Below are positions 53,401-63,700 of a stretch of DNA of 64,000 nt, one piece after another (within the stretch, counting starts at the first letter, position 1; the number at the start of each line of letters is the position of its first letter). A program made the position numbers and the translations under genes. This DNA comes from Eledone cirrhosa (Eukaryota). Under the pieces are notes generated by a model. It saw nothing but the letters and a program-made list of their open reading frames with translations. It was not told the origin of the DNA and did not search any database. The stretch spans positions 25,606,001 to 25,670,000 of the forward strand of contig OZ024758.1 in NCBI GenBank assembly GCA_964016885.1, read 5' to 3'.

Positions 53401-54725
53401 TTTCTACAGCTGGATGCCCTTCCTAACACCAACCTCATTTACAGTGAGTGCTGGGTGCTTTTTTTTGCCGTGGCACCTCCACGACCACTTTGCAGTGGAA
53501 TGATAGGGACCCCAGTCCTATCATCTCATTTTTACAGCTGAGTAAACTGGAGCAATGTGAAATGAAGTGTCTTGCTCAAGGAAACAACACATCATCCGGT
53601 TTGAGAATTGAACTCACAACCTTTCGATTGCAAGCCCAATGCTCTAACCACTAAGCCTTGCACCTTATCAGTTTATATATATATATACTGTATTCCGATC
53701 AGGAGAGGAGAGGAGCTCTAGAAATGCTGTATGTTAATATGGTCCCCCTATGACCCCCTCGAGAGTTACAGAACCATGAATATATATCTGAAAAAATTCA
53801 GGACCCCAACGGCTGAGCTCCGGCTGCTTTGACAACTAGATCCGTTGAAACGGCCGGAGCTCAGCCGTCGAGGGCCTGAATATTTTCATATTACCCACTC
53901 TATTACCCTAGTATCGAGTACTCTGGTACGTTATGGTCCACCTAGTTTCTTACCACACCCTCTTTGTTATATCATCATCATCATCGTTTAACATCTATTT
54001 TCCACGCTAGCATGGGTTTAGACGGGAATTGTCCCACATGATGCAAGGCTGCTTGCCTTGCTCTTATAGGACTGTCTGGCGGGTTTTCTACGGCTGGATG
54101 CCCTTCCTAACACCAACCACGTTTACAGTGTGGACTGGGAGGTTTTTACTGTGTTACCTACACGGCCACATTACAGCGTGGACTGTCTGTTTTTTTTGTC
54201 GTGACACCTACACAACCTCATTTATTTAGGACTGGATGTTGTGATACATATATATGTTGTGATATATATAACAAAAAAAGGTGCAGAGCACTAGAAGTCG
54301 ATGGAAGCCGCGGAGTGGGGAGACCCAAGAAAACCTGGGATGAAGTGATAAAAGCCGATCTTACCCAATTACACCTCTCAAAGGCGATGACACACGACTG
54401 TGACCTCTGGCGTCACACAGTAATACAGAAGACCCGACTTCCCACGGGTACAAGCCAATGCTGAAGCATATAGACAATATGCTCCCACTGCAAAGTGGTC
54501 GTGGAGGTGCCACGGCAAAACAGCACCCAGCACTCACTGTAAAGAGGTCGTGGAGGTGCCACAGCAAAAAATCACCCAGCCCACACTGTAAAGAGGTGCC
54601 ACGGCAAAAAGGCACCCAGCACTCACTGTAAATGAGGTTGGTGTTAGGAAGGGCATCCAGCTGTAGAAATCAAGCCAGAATCAGTTCCCGTCCCACCCTT
54701 GCAAGCAGGGAAAAGCGGACGTAAA

Positions 54726-54760
<35 letters not shown>

Positions 54761-57700
54761 TACATTCTCCTGTTTCTTTTCTACAGTAACCTCAGAATGT
54801 AAATAATATGAGAAGTGTAAGTTTTAACAATAGTAATATGAGAAGTGTAAGTTTTAGCAATAGTAATAAACAGTTGAACTGTTTATTGGGTCATCTAGTA
54901 TGTCCAGTCCTAAGTAAGTAATCTATACAAGATGTGACACAGAATAGAGGTTATCTTATTAGAGATCACATGCCCAATATAGCAATAGTAGCAGTGGAAG
55001 ATGGTCAGTTTGTTATAACATCCACCATGTATATATTTATATATATATGATGGAGGCACATAGCTTAGTGGTTAAAGCATTGGGCTTGCAATCGAAAGGT
55101 TGTGAGTTCAATTCTCAGACCGGATGATGTGTTGTTTCCTTGAGCAAGACACTTTATTTCACATTGCCCCAGTTTACTCAGCTGTAGAAATGAGATGATA
55201 GGGACTGGGGTCCCTATCATTCCACTGCAAAGTGGTCATGGAAGTGCCACGGCAAAAAAGCACCCAGCCCACACTGTAAAGTGGACGTGTAGGCGCCACA
55301 GAAAAAAAGCACCCAGCACTCACTGTAAATGAGGTTGGTGTTAGGAAGGGCATCCAGCTGTAGAAATCAAGTCAGAATCAGTTCCCGTCCCACCCTTGCA
55401 AGCAGGGAAAAGCGGACGTAAAATGATGATGATGATGATGATGTATGTGTGTGTGTGTGTGTGTTATGTTGTGTTATGTTGTGTGTGTGATGGAGAAAAT
55501 TGACACATTAAGCAGATGGAGTTGAACTCAATGGTATGGTTATTCTTAAAGAATTATGGCCTCAGGACTAAGAGATTATTGAAATCCATGAACTGTTTTA
55601 TGATTTTCTTCATACATATATAAATATGCATATATAAACATGTATATATAACCCTTTACCATTTACATTACTCTATATTTATTGTTGTATTTTCATGGTA
55701 AACACTTTAACTCACATAATTATCTAACATAATATCGAATCTACGTGATTTTGATATTTATTTATTTTGAGAAAAATACCTTAACATCAGTATGAGTGGC
55801 CATTTATTATAAACATGTATATTGTATATATAAAAATGTGAAGGCACATGTCTGAGTGGTTAGAGGATTGGATTCGCAATCGTGAGGTTGTGATTTCGAT
55901 TCTTAGACTGGCTGATGCATAATATCCTTGAACAAGACATTTTATTTCCCGTTGCTCCTTCTGCCTGGATTTAGGACTGACAGATAGTGTTAACAATTGG
56001 AAAGACCAATGGAGACGTTGTTTCCTTGGTCCAATTTGACGAGCACCATCCCACTCATTAAGTGAATGAGGTCTGGGATCTTGTCGATCGACTGACGATA
56101 TAAAAATGTATATATAAACGTGTATATATAAACATGCATATATAAACAGGCATATATAAACATGTAAATATAAACATGTAAATATAAACGTGTAAATATA
56201 AACATGCATATATAAACATGCATATATAAACAGGCATATATAAACATGTAAATATAAACATGTAAATATAAACAGGCATATATAAACATGTATATATAAA
56301 CATGCATATATAAACATGTAAATATAAACATGTATATATAAACAGGCATATATAAAAATGCATATGTGAACTGACTAGACTTTTCATGAGTTGCATATAC
56401 AACACTACTTATACATATATCCAAAATGGTGAAAAAGTTATAAATATATTATAAAAGACCTGTCAATCTTTAAAAACTCAAACAAGGAGTACCATAAAAA
56501 AAGTGCCCCCAAAACGGGGAGAAATGAGGCAAAATGAGGAGATTTTACATAATTGTTTCTACTTTAGGCACAAGGCCAGCAAATACCCAGTGCATTACTG
56601 GTACTTTATTTTATCGACCCCGTAAGGATGAAAGGCAAAGTCAACCTCGGCGGAATTTGAACTCAGATCGTAAAGGGACGTAACTATACTGGAAAGCATG
56701 GCGTCCAACCCTCTACCGATACTGCCAATCCACACATAATGAAAGCTATATCTATTTCCACAAGAGAAGACATTTCTAACCCACCCCAAAGTGGGTGGGA
56801 GATCTCCATGTCAGATGGCGAGAGTTGACAGGTCTGTATATAAGCACAACTATCAGAACTTTTATTTGGTTCTGGTGTCATGGTAAATCAAACTAATGAG
56901 GTAATGAGATATATCTTCTCTATATAGGACACTAGGCTATTACAGGTAACATCCTCCCAAATAGGTAAGCTGTTGCTAAGTGAACTAGAACAGGTTTAAG
57001 TATCTTCACTAGAATCATTTACAGTAGATATGAAATATAAGAGACAATTATACATTCCTTCTCAGGGAGTAAATTAGCACAATTGTTACAGTGACAGATA
57101 AAATACCTTGTGGAAAATAGGCTTTAGTAAATTTAACTGAAAAGATAGTAATTCTGGCTCAAAGTTAAATAATAAATATTAGAAAGTAAAACAAACTTTA
57201 AACTATTTGCTCCTGATTTAAAACAATTCTGGTCTAAGTTCATATGTAACCAAATGTGTGCCCGTATTAGCAAGAAAATAGGGGATGGATTGGCAGTATC
57301 AGTAGAGGGTCGGACACCATGTTAGGGTGGGGGATTGGCAGTATCGGTAGAGGGTCAGACACCATGTTAGGGTGGGGGATTGGCAGTATCGGTAGAGGGT
57401 CGGACACTATGTTAGGTCGGTGGATTGGCAGTATCGGTAGAGGGTCAGACACCATGTTAGGGTGGGGGATTGGCAGTATCGGTAGAGGGTCGGACACTAT
57501 GTTAGAGTGGGGGATTTGCAGTATCGGTAGTAAGTCGGACACCATGTTAGGTCGGTGGATTGGCAGTATCGGTAGAGGGTCAGACACCATGTTAGGGTGG
57601 GGGATTGGCAGTATCGGTAGAGGGTCGGACACTATGTTAGAGTGGGGGATTTGCAGTATCGGTAGTAAGTCGGACACCATGTTAGGTCGGTGGATTGGCA

Positions 57701-60700
57701 GTATTGGTAGAGGGTCGGACACCATGTAAGGGTGGGGGATTGGCAGTATCGGTAGAGGGTCGGACACTATGTTAGAGTGGGGGATTTGCAGTATCGGTAG
57801 TAAGTCGGACACCATGTTAGGTCGGTGGATTGGCAGTATTGGTAGAGGGTCGGACACCATGTTAGGGTGGTGGATTGGCAGTATCGGTAGAGAGGTCGGA
57901 CGTCATGCTTTGTAACATAGAGTTACGGTCCTTTATGATCTGAGTTAACTTTGCCTTTCATCCTTACGGGGTCGATAAAATAAAGTACCAGTAACGCACT
58001 GGTGTCAATTTAATCGACTTTCCCCTATCCCAAAATTGCTGGCCTTGTGCCTACATAAGAAACCCATATTAGCAAGAAAATGATAGATAGAAAGCCATTA
58101 AATAAAATGAAATGTGTAGGACAGGCTTTGCTTAATCAGACAAGTTTCTGGCAGTATCATCATCATCACCATTTTACGGGTTGTTCTGATGTGGGCAGTG
58201 TACAGTTGGCTGACCTTGTCTTGCTCATACGGGAACTGACTCTGGCTTCATTTCTACAGCTGGATGTCCTTCCTAACACCAACCTCATTTACAGTGAGTA
58301 CTGGGTGCTTTTTTTTCCATGGCGCCTACACGTCCACTTTACAGTGTGGGCTGGGTGTTTTTTTTTGCCGTGGCACCTACACGACCACTTTACAGTGGAA
58401 TGATAGGGACCCCAGTCCCTATCATCTCATTTCTACAGCTGAGTAAACTGGAGCAATGTGAAATAAAGTGTCCTGCTCAAGGAAACAACACATCACCCGG
58501 TCTGACAATTGAGCTCACAACCTTCGATTACAAGCCCAATGCTCTAACCACTAAGCCATGCAGTATCTGGTAATATAATAATAATGAAAATTATTGTGTA
58601 GTGCTCAGGTGCACTACAACTCATCAAAGGTGTATGTATAGTACATAGAATAATGTACAGATGTCAGGAAAGTGAAAAGTGTATGAGTCATGATATACAC
58701 ACATATACATGCGTACGTGTGTGTATGGTGGGGGATTATCAGGTGTAGTGTTGGCGAATTTCAGGAAACATGGAGGTTTTAAAGGATGCAGTGTCTCGAC
58801 AGCTAACAACTGATGCAGGTAGTTTGTTCCATGGAGGTTTTAAAGGATGCAGTGTCTCGGCAGCTAACAACTGATGCAGGTAGTTTGTTCCATGGAGGTT
58901 TTAAAGGATGCAGTGTCTCGGCAGCTAACAACTGATGCAGGTAGTTTGTTCAATGGAGGTTTTAAAGGATGCAGTGTCTTGACAGCTAATAACTGATGCA
59001 GGTAGTTTGTTCCATGGAGGTTTTAAAGGATGCAGTGTCTTGACAGCTAATAACTGATGCATATAGTTTGTTCCATGGAGGTTTTAAAGGATGCAGTGTT
59101 TCGGCAGCTAACAACTGATGCAGGTAGTTTGTTCCATGGAGGTTTTAAAGGATGCAGTGTCTCAACAGCTAACAACTGATGCAGGTAGTTTGTTCCATGG
59201 AGGTTTTAAAGGATACAGTGTCTCGACAACTAACAACTGATGCATATAGTTTGTTCCATGGAGGTTTTAAAGGATGCAGTGTTTCGGCAGCTAACAACTG
59301 ATGCAGGTAGTTTGTTCCATGGAGGTTTTAAAGGATGCAGTGTCTTGGCAGCTAACAGCTGATTCAGGGAGTTTGTTCCATGGAGGTTTTAAAGGATGCA
59401 GTGTCTCGACAGCTAACAACTGATGCAGGGAGTTTGTTCCATAGAGGTTTTAAAGGATGCAGTGTCTCGACAGCTAATAACTGATGCATATAGTTTGTTC
59501 CATGGAGGTTTTAAAGGATGCAGTGTTTCGGCAGCTAACAACTGATGCAGGTAGTTTGTTCCATGGAGGTTTTAAAGGATGCAGTGTCTCGGCAGCTAAC
59601 AACTGATGCAGGTAGTTTGTTCCATGGAGGTTTTAAAGGATGCAGTGTCTCGACAGCTAACAACTGATGCAGGGAGTTTGTTCCATAGAGGTTTTAAAGG
59701 ATGCAGTGTCTCGACAGCTAACAACTGATGCAGGTAGTTTGTTCCATGGAGGTTTTAAAGGATGCAGTGTTTCGGCAGCTAACAACTGATGCAGGTAGTT
59801 TGTTCCATGGAGGTTTTAAAGGATGCAGTGTCTCGGCAGCTAACAACTGATGCAGGTAGTTTGTTCCATGGAGGTTTTAAAGGATGCAGTGTCTCGACAG
59901 CTAACAACTGATGCAGGTAGTTTGTTCCATGGAGGTTTTAAAGGATGCAGTGTCTCGACAGCTAACAACTGATGCAGGTAGTTTGTTCCATGGAGGTTTT
60001 AAAGGATGCAGTGTCTCGACAGCTAACAACTGATGCAGGTAGTTTGTTCCATGGAGGTTTTAAAGGATGCAGTGTCTCGACAGCTAACAACTGATGCAGG
60101 GAGTTTGTTCCATAGAGGTTTTAAAGGATGCAGTGTCTCGACAGCTAATAACTGATGCAGGTAGTTTGTTCCATGGAGGTTTTAAAGGATGCAGTGTCTC
60201 GACAGCTAACAACTGATGCAGGGAGTTTGTTCCATAGAGGTTTTAAAGGATGCAGTGTCTCGACAGCTAACAACTGATGCATATAGTTTGTTCCATGGAG
60301 GTTTTAAAGGATCCAGTGTCTCAACAGCTAACAACTGATGCAGGTAGTTTGTTCCATGCTTCAATATCTCTGAGTTGATAAATAACTTACTAATTATACC
60401 ATAACTAATTACACCATAACTAATTCCATCATAACTTTATTCTCAAACTTCTTCTTCGTGCTCTTGCTCGATGAGACTGGGATCATCATCCTAGGTCAGC
60501 AATCCTAGAGGCGTCAACATGTAGAGCTGACCAGTCTCCTCCATCACAGGGAGTCCTGTGCCAGCCCCTCTGCACCCCCCAAGGTGACGTCGAGCCTCTG
60601 GAAGTCTTCCTTAATCACACCCAACCAACTGGTGCGAGGCCTCCAGTTGGGCCCTCTTCCGGCCCACAGCTGCTGTATCAAATGAGAGTAAGGCCCTGGT

Positions 60701-63700
60701 AGGATGATCTGGTGGGAGGCAGAGGACATGATGGCTATGGAAATTATTCATCTATTGGGTATGAGTAAAAAGACTCCAACCAAGAACGGAAGTTACTAGA
60801 AATCTTTAGTAATATAGCAGGTACATATCATCATCATCATTTTACGTCCACTTTTCCCTGCTTGCAAGGGTGGGACGGGAACTGATTCTGGCTTGATTTC
60901 TACAGCTGGATGCCCTTCCTAACACCAACCTCATTTACAGTGAGTGCTGGGTGCTTTTTTGCCGTGGCACCTCCACGAACACTTTGCAGTGGAATGATAG
61001 GGACCCCAGTCCCTGTCATCTCATTTCTACAGCTGAGTAAACTGGAGCAATGTGAAATAAAGTGTCTTGCTCAAGGAAACAACACATCACCCAGTCTGAG
61101 AATTGAACTCACAACGTTTCGATTGCAAGCCCAATGCTCTAACCACTAAGCCATGTGCCTCCATGTTGGAAATAAATTACAAGAAAAACTAGGTCAATAT
61201 GTGTCACGGTTGGGAGGAAATCAGGAAAAAACCTTAAATAGGATACTTTAAATGACCTAAATAATTATCCAAAACTAAGAAATCATTATGAGAAAGAACA
61301 TAGAGTCTAATAATCAATACTAATAAAATTTAAAATGTATAAAAATTATACTTTTATAAAACTGCCTTAATAATTCAAAAACCAACATTTTATTAATGTT
61401 TTATATTCAACTCACCAAACTGTTTGGATATTTGAAAGCAGGAGGTGTCACCCACTTTTTTTTTTAAATAGCTGAATGCCCTTTCAACAGCTAAACACTC
61501 AACTGGGAATTAATAATGGAATTTATTCCCAGCCAGGAAATACTTGGCAATCAAAGTAATTTAAGTTGTTTGAAAGAATGACTGCTAATTATAATTAAAC
61601 ATCGTCTAACCCATACTAGTGGAAAAATGGACGTTAAATGGTAATAATGATGGTGACATCCTGTATAGCATTATGCTAAAATAAGCAAAATAACTAACTA
61701 TTTATAAATAAGATTGTTATAGAAATACATCCCTACTCAAACCATTTTTTCATCATCACCACCACCACCACCACCACCACCACCATCACCATCATCATCA
61801 TCACTGTTTAAAGTCTTAATTTTCCACACTTGCATGGGTTAGACAGGCTGTCCACATTATAAAACATGTCTGGCTAGTTGGTTACACCGTACCTTGCTCA
61901 AATGGAACAGTATTTTGGTTGGATTTTTTTTTACAGCTAGATGCCCTTCCTACCACCAACTACATTTACAGTGTGGAACTAGGTGGTCCTATTATGAGGA
62001 GGGTCTGGCCAGTTGGCTGTGCCCTACTTTGCTCATAGTAGAACTATATTTGGGGAACTGTATCTTTTTTTTTTCCCTTTCTAATTCCAAATTTTTTTTA
62101 AACTATACAATTTAAAAGAAACAAAACACTAAAAAGCAATGAAACTAAGGATAGACAATGTGAGAAGAGGAATAGAGATTAAATAAACTGACCATAATTG
62201 TAAATCATAAATCTCAAATACAGACTCGTTGTCCATCATCATCATCATCACCACCGCCATTGCAATCATCATTGAACTGCAGTAACAAACAGCCACAATC
62301 CTCTGCCACTTATTGTAGTTCCTGTAGTCAGGGATTAACCCTGGCCATCAGGGAGATTTGAATCATTTAGGCAGAATTTGAACTCAGAATGCAAAGTGCT
62401 GAAACAAATACTGCAAGGCATCTTGTCCAACAATCTAAAATGACAGCTTAATCCACCGCCCATAGACTGCTATTGTGTTTTAGCAATCCCGAAAGGATGA
62501 AAATACTGCAAGGCATCTTGTCCAATACTCTAAAGATTCAGTCTAATCCACTGCCCATGGACTGCTATTGTGTTTTAGCAATCCCGAAAGGATGAAAATA
62601 CTGCAAGGCATCTTGTTCAACACTCTAAAGATTCAGTCTAATCCACCTCCATGGACTGCTATTGTGTTTTAGCAATCCCGAAAGGATGAAAATACTGCAA
62701 GGCATCTTGTTCAACACTCTAAAGATTCAGTCTAATCCACCTCCATGGACTGCTATTGTGTTTTAACAATCCCAAAAGGATGAAAATACTGCAAGGCATC
62801 TTGTCCAGCACTCTAAAGATTCAGTCTAATCCACTCCCATGGACTGCTATTGTGTTTTAACAATCCCAAAAGGATGAAAATACTGCAAGGCATCTTGTCC
62901 AACACTCTAAAGATTCAGTCTAATCCACTCCCATGGACTGCTATTGTGTTTTAGCAGTCCCAAAAGTATGAAAAGCAAAGGTGGGCTTGAAAGGATTTGA
63001 ATGCAAAATGTAAAGAACCAGAACAAATCTATTGTGGAGAGCTGGAACAAATAGCACAAAATATTCTGTTTGATGCTCTAACAACTCTGTTAATTCACCA
63101 CCAACAGACAAATATGATATCAACAGTTGAAAGAAAATAGAACTGAGAGCTGTGTCTAAGTCTAATCTAAAAAGATCTAAAGTCTGTCTTAAGCCAACAG
63201 GCTCATTAGGCCGGTACTTATCCCAGTTTCGTGGCCTGAAGCGACTGAGAATACAAGACTCCCCCTGGACAGGACGCCAGTCCATCACAGGGTTAACCCC
63301 CATTTATTGCTGGTACTCATTTTCAGCAACATGAAATGAAGTGTTTTGCTCAAGAACACGACACACAACCCAGCCGAAGAATGAAACTCATGACATTATG
63401 ATCGTAAGTCCACCACCCTTACCACTAGGCCATGTGCCTCCACTTGAAGCTGTATGCACAACCTAGTGAATACTAACTAATAAAACGGGAACTAAGAGAT
63501 GCAAAAATACATTTTTGGCGTTCAAAGAGTTATGAAAATATGAAATTTGGCAGAGTGGTCCTACCTCCATTTCAGATATACGATTGGAAAAATTGGGAAT
63601 TGCAGCAGCTGGACTGTTTAGATCTTTGCGAATATAAATTCTCTGAGTTGAAGTAGCCATAGCTGTCGGAGCTTTTTTCTCAGAATCAGGTGGCTTCCTC

